A stretch of DNA of 53,860 nucleotides from Deltaproteobacteria bacterium (GTDB lineage: Bacteria; Desulfobacterota; Syntrophobacteria; BM002): positions 1,378,020-1,431,879 of the forward strand of contig CP070735.1 of NCBI GenBank assembly GCA_020347625.1. Reading direction: 5' to 3'. The notes under the pieces are model-generated. The model made no database searches, had not been told where the DNA came from, and worked only from the letters and a program-made list of their open reading frames with translations. Below, piece after piece: positions 7,426 to 16,995 of the stretch; the first letter of the stretch is position 1, and each line of letters opens with the position of its first letter. A program made the position numbers and the translations under genes.

Positions 7426-9465
7426 TTATGTGGGCAGCACCTGGTAGCTGGCATAGGTGAAAAGACCCACCAATGCCCAGCCTCCCGCCATCAGAAAATC
7501 GCCCAGAATTAAACCGATAAAGAAAAATCTTATTTTTTTAAAAAGGGATACGCCGCCGTATCTTAGACTCAAATGGTTGCAAAGCCAGCCCACCAGAAAG
7601 CTGAACCAGAGGATCCGCATGGCCGAACTATACGTGGTTAAATAGCCTATAGGGTGGATGGGCCACCAGTAAAAGCGTTGATAGAGAATCACCAGAACAA
7701 GCATGACCACAGCCCCCACACCTGAAAACACCAGCACCCAATGGCGTGGTCCTCCCGGCGCATCCAGGAGTCGCTGGACATTATCATACACACCAATAGT
7801 GGTTCGGGTGGCCCACTCCATCTGGAGTTCTCGAATCCCGTATTTGTGGCAAAGCGCCAGCATGGCCACAAAAGACGCCAACAACCCGGTGAGTATGGCC
7901 AGAAGAATAGCCACAAAGAAAATACGTTTATTGCGGATACCCTCTCCCACCTTGGCGCCATGAAACAGAGAGGGCATTATGGATTCCCTCAAGTCGACAA
8001 ACATTACCTTCTGCATGACCGCGGCCATTAGTAAACCCAAATTGGTAAAGAAACGGGAGCCAAAAAAGGCGAGCAGGCCATCGGTGGGTGCCACCGAAAG
8101 GGTAAAGTAGGCGATGCCTCCTTGGCATATCACCCTGGTCGCCACCAGCATAACAAAGAAGAAAGCGCCAAGGAGCAGAAGGGTCACCTTCAGGGACATA
8201 CCAAACTTGAGGCACCATAAAACCAGCAAACAGGTTCCCAACCAGAACCCCCAACCGGACATCCGCACAGAAAACATCTCCGATGCGGACATTTGCGCCT
8301 TCCCGGGAACAAAGCACTGCCGCACCACATCCCGGAGGTGGTAGCGTGCCAACCACAGCATGAAGAGAAAGAAAACCGCATAAGCCCCGATGATCTGCGT
8401 CTCTTCAGGGCGGGAAAGAGTGGGCCCGAAAGTAATACCCAGGGCAGCAGCAGGGATGTTGTAGCCCAGAATGGACAATAGCCCGAACAGCAGACCCCCT
8501 AGCAGAAAAAAGAACCAGAAGCTAAAGGAAATCTGGCGCGAGGTAAGAAAGGCAAAGCCAATGAAGGCGGGATAAATGTGAATCTTGAGCTTGTGGAAAC
8601 CTGAAAAAAGGCCATGTTTCGGGAAATAGGGACCGGCAAGAATCAGCGTGGGAATTTGGGGCACCTCGGGAAAATAGAAGTGGAGACCGTTGAGAAGGTG
8701 CAAGAAAAAAGTGGCCAGCACTCCGACAATCAGGAATCGATTGGCGAGAAACCGGCCGAAGCGTTTTTCGGCCAGGGCCTCCTCCATGAGCTGGGGCACC
8801 CGGAGGAGCGGAAAGTTCATCTTTTCGTTGGTAATCCATTGCTGGCTAAAAATATTCACCAGGCATAGCATCACCCAGTAGCTCAGAACAATAAAGCCGG
8901 CCCAGGTAAGTAGCGGCTGCAACCAGCGATCCCAAGGAATCTGCCGCAGGACCTCCAACCAGCCTAGCTGGCGCCCTCCCTCAAGTCCATTGTAGAGGAG
9001 CGCAATGGCATTCATATCGCCCGGATACCACCCCTTGGGTAAAAGGGGCTGAATCACCTCGTTCCAACGATTTCCAACGGTTGCGAAGTGGTAGGGCGCC
9101 GTGACATTGATGAAAAAGGTCCGAGCTAGGCCGGTGTAGGCAATTCCCGAGGCAATAACCGATATGATCCAGATCACGAAAAGCTCTCGACCACTCAGCA
9201 GCGATGATAGAAACCGTAGTCTACCCAAGGCCGCAATAGCCACGGAGAGCCAGAAAAAAATGAAAAATGGTGCGAGAGGAAAGTGACCGCCACCCAGCGG
9301 TGTGGCACTACGATAGGCGTTGTTGAATGGGGTTATGGCACAGATCAGTACTCCTAGTGCCACCCCCAATATCAAGGCTCGCAGTCTTACCCGACCTTGC
9401 ATCATCTTCACGTCCGCTTCGCTAATAACGGTCAACTCCACACAGAGACGATATTTCGTCGGCAC
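7426..9465 (-). CDS. large polytopic membrane protein (679 aa), family not recognised
   Basis: GTG at 9465 lies 12 nt after the stop of the giant upstream gene. Alternative ATG-ATG at 9405/9402. Hydrophobic throughout. C-terminal WWPIHPIGY...LRYGG block. Confidence 0.75.
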   Translation of the reverse strand: MPTKYRLCVELTVISEADVKMMQGRVRLRALILGVALGVLICAITPFNNAYRSATPLGGGHFPLAPFFIFFWLSVAIAALGRLRFLSSLLSGRELFVIWIISVIASGIAYTGLARTFFINVTAPYHFATVGNRWNEVIQPLLPKGWYPGDMNAIALLYNGLEGGRQLGWLEVLRQIPWDRWLQPLLTWAGFIVLSYWVMLCLVNIFSQQWITNEKMNFPLLRVPQLMEEALAEKRFGRFLANRFLIVGVLATFFLHLLNGLHFYFPEVPQIPTLILAGPYFPKHGLFSGFHKLKIHIYPAFIGFAFLTSRQISFSFWFFFLLGGLLFGLLSILGYNIPAAALGITFGPTLSRPEETQIIGAYAVFFLFMLWLARYHLRDVVRQCFVPGKAQMSASEMFSVRMSGWGFWLGTCLLVLWCLKFGMSLKVTLLLLGAFFFVMLVATRVICQGGIAYFTLSVAPTDGLLAFFGSRFFTNLGLLMAAVMQKVMFVDLRESIMPSLFHGAKVGEGIRNKRIFFVAILLAILTGLLASFVAMLALCHKYGIRELQMEWATRTTIGVYDNVQRLLDAPGGPRHWVLVFSGVGAVVMLVLVILYQRFYWWPIHPIGYLTTYSSAMRILWFSFLVGWLCNHLSLRYGGVSLFKKIRFFFIGLILGDFLMAGGWALVGLFTYASYQVLPT

Positions 9466-9476
9466 CAGGCACTTCG

Positions 9477-12400
9477 CTATGCCCAGCTCATTGCCGTCAG
9501 CCTTTCAGAGCTAAATTCGGTCTCCAACAATTTGCTATAGTGAGCCTGGGCCTCATCGTCCAGAGAACGCCACACCAACAGTTGTTTACGAAGATCATTG
9601 AGGAAGGCCTTGTTGATCCGTTTCCAGTAATTCGCCTCTCCTGCCTCCCGCTCTACCCGGACCTGGATTTCCAGGTAGTTGTCAGGATCCTCAACGGCAG
9701 GGCAAAATTGGAGGCTAACGAGCTGTTTCACGCCAAAATCAAAGGGTGCCAACCATACCCGGGTGTAAATCTGGATGCAGTCATTCTCACAATGTCCCGG
9801 GGCCTCGAGGCGAGATATCTCGTCAATTGGGCAGTAGAATTCCAGAGATATGTCGTCTGTGGTGAAAAGCCCGTGAGACACATCCCGATGTCCAAGATAG
9901 TATTCCCGCAAATAACCGCCAATACCCTTTTGTTCGCGATATTTCAACAGAAACGGCAAGGTGATCTTGATCTCGTTTTCCTCCGGTTCCGGCAATTTCC
10001 AGGCTCGGTATACGTCGGGAATGGCAATGTCTGCTGCCACCTTGGAAGGATAAATGACCGATACCAGTACGACCAACATCACCAGGATCATGGCAGCGAC
10101 TCCAGCCAACGAGGAGTAATTCACCGTAATTCCCTGCCACAGTGATGTGGTGGAAAAAATTTCTGCGGAGGTCTGGGCCAACAGGTAACCCAGCACCACG
10201 CTGAGCACTGCAAAGGCCATCGCTTCGGCTATGAAAAGAAAGGAGACATGAAAGGGCGCCAAGCCAACTGAAGTGTAAACACCGATTTCCCGTTTTCGCT
10301 CATAAACACTGCCAATCATGGTGTTGAGGACGATCAACACGGCAATGAGCAGGGGAATGAGTATATTGGGAACGCCACTGTAGCTCAAGGCGTCGGAGGC
10401 GTGATACATGAAAGTCCCTTCCTCTTCTCCACTGAAAAGGGTAAGGCCAAAGCGATCCACCAGGTTCATGGCTGTTGTCCTGGTTACCACCCCTGATTGG
10501 GGACTTATGGCAAGAGACTTGAGACTCCCGCCCAAGGCCATAAGGGTTTGATATGGAACGATCAGGGTGAGATCTCCGGCAACATGTTGATAGCGACTCT
10601 GGAAAGCCTGGACATCCTCGCCAGCCTCTATGGCCTCCATCTCGACCTCAGTGACCTCTTTGGCCGCCTCGCTGGGAAATATCACAGGTGTGAGCGGCTC
10701 ACCGTCTAAATCAAGAAAGCTCTGCAGGCTATCACCCCGAAACAGACCCACAACCTTAAAGGTCATGCCCCAGAGAGTCACCGTGGCTCTCTCAGGTCGC
10801 TCCAAAGAGACCCCGAGACTCTGAGCCAACCTTTCCGACAGGAGCACCACCCGCCGCTCTTCCGGTTCGAACCAACGTCCAGAACTGAGCACTGTTCCAA
10901 GGCCGCTGACCTGCGGTTCTCGATCACTCAACCCCACCGTCCCTCTTGCCAGAACTTCCCTACCCTCCCGCCGAAGAGAAACCACCATGGGCTGGGTGCG
11001 ATCTTCGTTTTCCAGCCAAGATCTGGGTACAACTTCCCCCTGGGCCTTAAACTTGTTTGCTACTGTGGTAAAAGCCTGAGGCGGCAGGCTCTCCCAGTTC
11101 AGAACTTTCAAGAGAAACCCTTCGTAGGGTGCCTGTTTCTGCAACTGCAACCGGCCTCGCAGGCGCAGACTCTTTACGGTGGTGAAACTCATGATGGTGA
11201 AGGTAAGTATGATCAAGGTCACACAGGTTAATACCGTACGAATGGGGCGGCGTCGTAGATTACTTACCCCCAGAACAAAAGCGGCGACGAATGCTTTGGT
11301 CTTGCTGATTTCGGAAGCCTTTATATGTCGGGCTCTTTGTTGGAGCTCCACCATTTCCTGTTCAAAGCGGTTCATGATGATCAAGGCTACCATCACCGAC
11401 AGACCCAGGATGAAAAAAGCGAGGATAACCACCACCGGACTGTACGTGAGCTGAAATGCTGGATGTACTTGGTAAATGAGAGCTATGACGAGACCCAGGA
11501 TCACCAGAAAAGCAATGATTCTGCGATGAATATCAACGAAAGAGAATAGCAACCGTTCTACACAATAAGCGAAGGGAACAAAAAGGGCCACGTAAAAGAG
11601 GACTCCGAACAGAACGTCTTTCTGCGTCTTTTCTACGTCGTCATAGACGCGGATTGCCAGAGCCCAAGATTTCTTGGCCTCCTCCACAAAGCGGTCATAG
11701 CGACGTTCGCTCAAGGCCTCTTCAGCCCGTTGCAGGGCCTCGACCCCCTCTTGTTGGAGTGAGCGAATCCGCTGATTATTGATCCCATGGCTCTCCAAAG
11801 CGGTTATCCTCGGCAGCAAGAGGCTCCACATATCGTGAGCTATCCGGTATTCAGTAGCCGGGATGATTGGCCAGTTCTCAACGCGATACCCCGTGCCGTC
11901 GGGCCGGGACTTTTTGGAATTGAGCAAGATTAGCTTCCGGGTGAGCACCGAGTCAGACAGGGTCAATTTGAACGGTGTGAGAGGCTCCAGGTAAATGCTA
12001 GCCAGAATGGAGGAACGGGTATCGATCCTGCTCCACCAGTAGCGCAATGGCTTGGCCTCGGTCCGCCCGTCTATCAGCTTTATCTTGGTCATGTAACTGA
12101 AGGTTCGCGGCTCTATTAGACTGAACAATGTACTCACCCTACATGCAAACATAATCAGTTCAGTCTCCATGAAGCGACGCCTCATCTTGACTCGATAGGC
12201 TGCCTTGCCGGTCATTGGTTTGTCGACGGCCCAAATAACCTCCCCGTTTTTGGGATCGAAGCGAAATCCTTCCAAAATTGCCTTGTGGATGGTGTGCTTG
12301 CTGTCGGCCAGACCCCGAAACTGAAATGAACCGGCAGTGTCCACCATGCTGTAGAATTGGCCAGGCCCTTGATAGGCAAGAATGAGCGTTCCCGAAGCTG

Positions 12401-14381
12401 GCTGATCAGGAAAGAGTTCTCCTTGACGGATAAAGTTGGCTTCACCGCTGAGTGTGGCAAATCCCTTCCGAGGCAGAAGGTCCGAAGCCAAACGGGGTTC
12501 GCGGCTTAACGCCTCCACCAGACTGGCAACCAGTTCACTCTGTTGATTGAAATAAGCCCAGTCCACCCTCTCCGGCTGATCATAGGGTGTTCCCCAAAAC
12601 GGGCGGGCGTCATTGAGCGTAACCAGGCTGAGACCGAGTATCCCGGCCAGTGCACTCACCTCACCACCTAAGAGAGGCCGATCAGGCAGGTAGCTCTGCC
12701 AGGTTCGCAGGGGGTTTGGCCGCAGCGTGTCCTGAAACAGCCGAGGCAAGCCAAGCCGCTTTTCCGCCTCGCGGCCAATGCGATTCAGTAGCTGGTCTAT
12801 ATGACCGTAAGTTGCGGTGCGGTTAATTTGCGGTTTCAAATCATACAGAAAGCCGTCGTTGAAGCCGCCAACACCGTCGCCGTGGCTGGAAAGGTGCAGC
12901 GAAACAAAAAGAGGGAGATCGTAATCACCGAGTAATCGGCGCAACCGTCGACTGCTCTTCAAGCATTTCATCTGCTCCCTGGAGTCCTCCAGAATCGCCT
13001 GGTTGGTGCGAATTGCCGCTGGAATGAGTGCCAGCAACGTGCGACGCTCATCAGGAGTAACATCCTGATAGGAACTTCGCCAGCTGAGTCTCCGCAGCAG
13101 GAACCGCCGGGCTGCCAGGTTCGCAATGAGCTGTTGGTCAGCGTCGTCCTGTTTTTCCAGACGGAGTTGCATTAGTCGCTGACTGAGCGAGTCGACTTCG
13201 CTTTTAACCTGGTCGTCTAGGACCTCACGCAAGCGCACCGCTTGTTCTCCACTCAGTTGATCCAGAGGCTTTGGAGAACTTAGAACCTCCAGCGCCGCCT
13301 CGGCCCCTTCGATCCTCTTTTTCAGCTCTTTATTCAGCTTTTTTTGTTCTTTACTTCTGGCATGGGTGGCCCAGATGAACTCCCGTATACCGGCAAGACC
13401 CTGGGCATGCCCGCTGGTCGCAACCAGAAGAACCGATCTGCCCGGCGGATGGCCACGCAACCTTCTTGCCAGGTGCAGCAGTGAAGCAATGCTACTTGCC
13501 TCATCAGTCCCTGGAGATACGCCAGTCACAATAGGAGTGCTGTCATAGAAAGCCTCCACCACGAGAAGCTGCTCTTTGAGCTGCGGATCATTACCCTCAA
13601 CTAGAGCATAAATGTTCTCGCTTTTGATCCTTTTCCAAGCGCCACTGGAGGTGACGACCACCCGGGGGACAACGACCCCGCCTGCTGCATTTTCAAAGGA
13701 ACCGAACAGGGAGCGCGCCTGGGTGAGGGGCATCCAAAAACGGGGAAAATTTAAGGAGGTGAGCTCGCGCTTCTCTGTGAAAAACCATTTGGCCGTAGGA
13801 CCCCGGTCCACATAAATCAGAGCTTTGGCGCCGAGCATGGCAGCATTTAACCAGTTCTTACCAGAATCCATCTCCATCAGGATAATGCTGCCGTTGACCT
13901 CCATGCCATTGAACTCGTGGGATCGGCCTGTGCCCACATAGAGGAGGGGGCCTTCTAGGCCTGAAGCAGGCGTGACTTCCAGACTGAGCGCATTGAGTTG
14001 GAGTGGTTTGATGGGAGTGCGGCGTCCGTTTATGGTGAGGCTCGCTTCCTGGTATTGGTTGACCGGTAGCAGGAATGGGTGGCGACCCACCTTTTGGAAT
14101 CCCAGGTCTGAGAAGGTCTGGTATATCAGGTCTGCTGCTTTCCGACAGCCTGGGGTTCCCGTGCTCCGGTCCTTGAATTCAGCAAATTGCTGGGCCAGGT
14201 CTCGACTAGAGTATGCTGCCTTGGCAGCCACAGGATGTAGCACGCATGAAGCCGTAATAAACAGGAGACCCGCCAGGGCCCACAGTAGGCTTCCGGCCAC
14301 TGCTTTTCTACGAATGATGGGCATCATCTTCATTGCGGTCCTGGAACCATTGGGGACGGCTGACCCTGACTGGAGGCTCAA
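9477..14381 (-). CDS. giant fusion protein: signal anchor, PA plus M28-like (degenerate) ectodomain, coiled coil, extra TM cluster, MacB-type FtsX permease, and a cytoplasmic C-terminal domain
   Basis: PA-like GPLLYVGTGRSHEFNGMEVNGSIILME. M28-like ENIYALVEGN...LLVVEAFYDS, GTDEASSIASLLHLARRL and LLVATSGHAQGLAG. FtsX N-terminal TM RRRPIRTVLTCVTLIILTFTIMSF. FtsX core YERKREIGVYTSVGLAPFHVSFLFIAEAMAFAVLSVVLGYLLAQ. TTG at 14381. In-frame ATGs at 14333, 14327 and 14324 are more likely starts. Confidence 0.85.
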   Translation of the reverse strand: MSLQSGSAVPNGSRTAMKMMPIIRRKAVAGSLLWALAGLLFITASCVLHPVAAKAAYSSRDLAQQFAEFKDRSTGTPGCRKAADLIYQTFSDLGFQKVGRHPFLLPVNQYQEASLTINGRRTPIKPLQLNALSLEVTPASGLEGPLLYVGTGRSHEFNGMEVNGSIILMEMDSGKNWLNAAMLGAKALIYVDRGPTAKWFFTEKRELTSLNFPRFWMPLTQARSLFGSFENAAGGVVVPRVVVTSSGAWKRIKSENIYALVEGNDPQLKEQLLVVEAFYDSTPIVTGVSPGTDEASSIASLLHLARRLRGHPPGRSVLLVATSGHAQGLAGIREFIWATHARSKEQKKLNKELKKRIEGAEAALEVLSSPKPLDQLSGEQAVRLREVLDDQVKSEVDSLSQRLMQLRLEKQDDADQQLIANLAARRFLLRRLSWRSSYQDVTPDERRTLLALIPAAIRTNQAILEDSREQMKCLKSSRRLRRLLGDYDLPLFVSLHLSSHGDGVGGFNDGFLYDLKPQINRTATYGHIDQLLNRIGREAEKRLGLPRLFQDTLRPNPLRTWQSYLPDRPLLGGEVSALAGILGLSLVTLNDARPFWGTPYDQPERVDWAYFNQQSELVASLVEALSREPRLASDLLPRKGFATLSGEANFIRQGELFPDQPASGTLILAYQGPGQFYSMVDTAGSFQFRGLADSKHTIHKAILEGFRFDPKNGEVIWAVDKPMTGKAAYRVKMRRRFMETELIMFACRVSTLFSLIEPRTFSYMTKIKLIDGRTEAKPLRYWWSRIDTRSSILASIYLEPLTPFKLTLSDSVLTRKLILLNSKKSRPDGTGYRVENWPIIPATEYRIAHDMWSLLLPRITALESHGINNQRIRSLQQEGVEALQRAEEALSERRYDRFVEEAKKSWALAIRVYDDVEKTQKDVLFGVLFYVALFVPFAYCVERLLFSFVDIHRRIIAFLVILGLVIALIYQVHPAFQLTYSPVVVILAFFILGLSVMVALIIMNRFEQEMVELQQRARHIKASEISKTKAFVAAFVLGVSNLRRRPIRTVLTCVTLIILTFTIMSFTTVKSLRLRGRLQLQKQAPYEGFLLKVLNWESLPPQAFTTVANKFKAQGEVVPRSWLENEDRTQPMVVSLRREGREVLARGTVGLSDREPQVSGLGTVLSSGRWFEPEERRVVLLSERLAQSLGVSLERPERATVTLWGMTFKVVGLFRGDSLQSFLDLDGEPLTPVIFPSEAAKEVTEVEMEAIEAGEDVQAFQSRYQHVAGDLTLIVPYQTLMALGGSLKSLAISPQSGVVTRTTAMNLVDRFGLTLFSGEEEGTFMYHASDALSYSGVPNILIPLLIAVLIVLNTMIGSVYERKREIGVYTSVGLAPFHVSFLFIAEAMAFAVLSVVLGYLLAQTSAEIFSTTSLWQGITVNYSSLAGVAAMILVMLVVLVSVIYPSKVAADIAIPDVYRAWKLPEPEENEIKITLPFLLKYREQKGIGGYLREYYLGHRDVSHGLFTTDDISLEFYCPIDEISRLEAPGHCENDCIQIYTRVWLAPFDFGVKQLVSLQFCPAVEDPDNYLEIQVRVEREAGEANYWKRINKAFLNDLRKQLLVWRSLDDEAQAHYSKLLETEFSSERLTAMSWA

Positions 14382-14393
14382 AAAGATGCTTCC

Positions 14394-15134
14394 CTAAGTG
14401 GGTCGGTGAGCAATTTCGCCAACCGAGATGGAGAGTTGTTCGCGCTCCTCGATCCTATCTATGCGACCGTCTCGAATCCAGACGACTCGATCCGACACAC
14501 TCAGCATCTTGAAATCATGGGTGGCAGAAATGACGGTCACACCCTGTTCCTCGCTCAGACGTTTGAGCAGTTCGATGATCTCTTCGCCGGTGGTTAGATC
14601 AAGATTACCCGTTGGTTCATCGGCGAGGATTATGGCTGGATCATTTGCCATGGCCCGGGCAATGGCCACTCGCTGCTGCTGTCCACCAGAGAGTTCGACA
14701 GGCTTGTGCCGAAATCGATCTCCCAACCCCACCAATTCCAGCAATTTGAGCCCCTTCTCCACCGCTGAATCGTTGTGCATCCCACCAAAAATCATGGGCA
14801 GGGTAACATTTTCCAACGCCGTCATGACTTGAATGAGATTGAATGTCTGAAATATGTAGCCAATCTTACGGCAACGCAACCAGGCCAGTTCGTAAGCGTC
14901 CAGCTGGGCAATATCCACCTCGTCGATAAAAACCTTCCCGGAAGTGGGCTTGTCCAGGCCACCAATCATGTTGAAGAGAGTGCTTTTGCCCGATCCTGAA
15001 GGCCCCATGATGGAAAGATACTCGCCTCCACGGATTTCCAGATCAACCCCGCGCAGTGCCTCCACGCTAATCTTTTTCAAGTGGAAAACCTTGGTAACTC
15101 CAGAGACCCGGACAATGTTGTGGACATCTGACAT
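14394..15134 (-). CDS. ABC transporter ATP-binding protein (MacB/LolD/FtsE-type)
   Basis: Walker [11 protein letters not shown]-loop IFQTFNL, signature [14 protein letters not shown], Walker [13 protein letters not shown]-loop SATHD. ATG 15134 is preceded by GGAG. The track ORF starts at TTG 15164. Confidence 0.9.
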   Translation of the reverse strand: MSDVHNIVRVSGVTKVFHLKKISVEALRGVDLEIRGGEYLSIMGPSGSGKSTLFNMIGGLDKPTSGKVFIDEVDIAQLDAYELAWLRCRKIGYIFQTFNLIQVMTALENVTLPMIFGGMHNDSAVEKGLKLLELVGLGDRFRHKPVELSGGQQQRVAIARAMANDPAIILADEPTGNLDLTTGEEIIELLKRLSEEQGVTVISATHDFKMLSVSDRVVWIRDGRIDRIEEREQLSISVGEIAHRPT

Positions 15135-15336
15135 AACCACACAACTCCACCGGCCATCACCCAAAGGAGTGGCCTATTAGCATCAGCCCGTAAAGTTACT
15201 TCTATTGTAGTGAGCTAAAATGTCTACAGTCAAAGAACTGCTCAACTGCAGAGTTAGGTTGACTGACTGGTGTTGCTCCCATTGCTGATCCAAAACTTTG
15301 AACACTTTAGCTCACTTCAGATCATTTGCAGCATGC

Positions 15337-16050
15337 TTAGTGTTCCACCCGCATGGCCTCCACCGGATGCATGCGGGCGGCGACTATGGCAGGATAGAGT
15401 ACACCAAGTAGACTTAGAATACAGCCGATCGAGGCTGCAAAAACCACGGACTTGCCCACCGCCAACCACGATAGGTGTTTCCAAGCGGTGAAGCCAAATC
15501 GAATCAGACCACTCAGCAGAGCAGCTCCGCCGCCCAGCAATGCGCCCCCACTGGCTCCCGCCAGCCCTTGCATACCCGCCTCCAGAACAAATAGGCGAAG
15601 AACAAAGCTGTCCAGCGCCCCTAAACACTTGATTGTACCAATCTCACGAAAGCGCTCGGTGACGGCCATCAGCTGAGCATTGACAATGCCTACCACACAG
15701 ACTAGCAGCGAGAGAAAAACGATCCAGCGCTCCTTGGCACTGCTTCCCGCGGATGTGGCACCAGGCTCAAGATCATAACCTGCTCGAACCAGGGCCTGAT
15801 ACAGTTGGGCGTCCTGCGTCTGCAGCATTCCATTGGCCAGATCCGCGTTCACCCGGACAAAACTCAGAAAGGAGACGGCCAACACCAGACTCATGGTTGT
15901 GATCATGGACCGGAAAAAACGAACACGGATACTCTGAAAGCTAATTTCCAGAGACTTTCTAAAAGGGAGAACCACCTGTCTGGCAATATCTGCCCCTTTA
16001 TCTGCAGAGGTCTTAAGATTCATCCGCTCGCTGTTAACTCGTTTTGGCAT
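15337..16050 (-). CDS. short FtsX-family ABC permease (237 aa, minimal periplasmic loop)
   Basis: ATG start. FtsX core TERFREIGTIKCLGALDSFVLRLFVLEAGMQGLAGASGGALLGGG, ending with YPAIVAARMHPVEAMRVE. Confidence 0.8.
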   Translation of the reverse strand: MPKRVNSERMNLKTSADKGADIARQVVLPFRKSLEISFQSIRVRFFRSMITTMSLVLAVSFLSFVRVNADLANGMLQTQDAQLYQALVRAGYDLEPGATSAGSSAKERWIVFLSLLVCVVGIVNAQLMAVTERFREIGTIKCLGALDSFVLRLFVLEAGMQGLAGASGGALLGGGAALLSGLIRFGFTAWKHLSWLAVGKSVVFAASIGCILSLLGVLYPAIVAARMHPVEAMRVEH

Positions 16051-16179
16051 AACGGTTTTTTTAATCCGAATAAAAATAACACAAAAGAAGCAGGTGGAAA
16101 ACTGTCAGTCCTCCCGATCAAACAAACGTAACATAACAGATACATTTAGGTGGTAGACAAATCCCACCCACGCAACGCT

Positions 16180-16995
16180 TTACCGCACCACCCCACGCTT
16201 CTCCCTGATCAGGGTGCCCAGGTGAACGATGCGGGCATGGTTCCAGTTCTGCAAGGCTGGCAAACGTAAGTTCAAGAAATCAAAAGCTGCGGTATTCATG
16301 CGCTGGTGGTGAATCATGATGCCGCAGAGACCACTGTTCAGGCCATCGGTGAGTTCTTTTAATAAGCTGTGCCAGCTTCTTTCAGCATCGTTTTCCTTTC
16401 TGGTGTGCAGATCTACACAGACCGAATAATCAGGAACCGCAGGTGGGGCTTCTGGTTGAGCGGTCCGATCTCGGGAGAGAGCCTTATAGCCCAGGTCTTC
16501 GAGAACGGTAAGAGTCTCCTGGTCGCAACGATTCCAGGGCGGTGTGAAAACTGGCAGCAGGGCTTCACCCATAAGTGCACTGAGTCGCCCGTAGCCGAGC
16601 CGCAAATCTCTTCGCTTCAGGGAAATTGGCCGAGTTGGCCCGAACTCCTGTTTCTTACCAACGGGTTCGTGGTTGAGATGACGCCAGCCATGCTGTATCC
16701 AGCCCCACAAAGTCCTGTCATTTCCGCAAACTTCCAGCAAACAGCTCCATCTTGCTCCCGTAAGCCAACTGGGAACCACACCGAGCGTCAGCGGTACCTG
16801 GTGACGACGAAAAAGGTCGATCAACCTGGAGAACCTGTTCCCGGGCACGCCCACGTCATCCGCCCTGAAGAAAATGATCATTTCGCCACCCCAAAACGGT
16901 TTGGCAGCAGCTCTGTGCAAACAGCGGCTCAATCTTAGTTGAATGTCGGCCGGAACTTTCAGCCATAGGTGAGATGAACTTGCAGCCGGGCCCAC
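16180..16995 (-). CDS. polysaccharide-deacetylase-like (NodB/DUF2334-type) protein
   Basis: IIFFRADDVG and QHGWRHLNHE motifs. GTG at 16995 overlaps the upstream stop by 1 nt. Alternative ATG at 16881. Confidence 0.5.
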   Translation of the reverse strand: MGPAASSSHLWLKVPADIQLRLSRCLHRAAAKPFWGGEMIIFFRADDVGVPGNRFSRLIDLFRRHQVPLTLGVVPSWLTGARWSCLLEVCGNDRTLWGWIQHGWRHLNHEPVGKKQEFGPTRPISLKRRDLRLGYGRLSALMGEALLPVFTPPWNRCDQETLTVLEDLGYKALSRDRTAQPEAPPAVPDYSVCVDLHTRKENDAERSWHSLLKELTDGLNSGLCGIMIHHQRMNTAAFDFLNLRLPALQNWNHARIVHLGTLIREKRGVVR

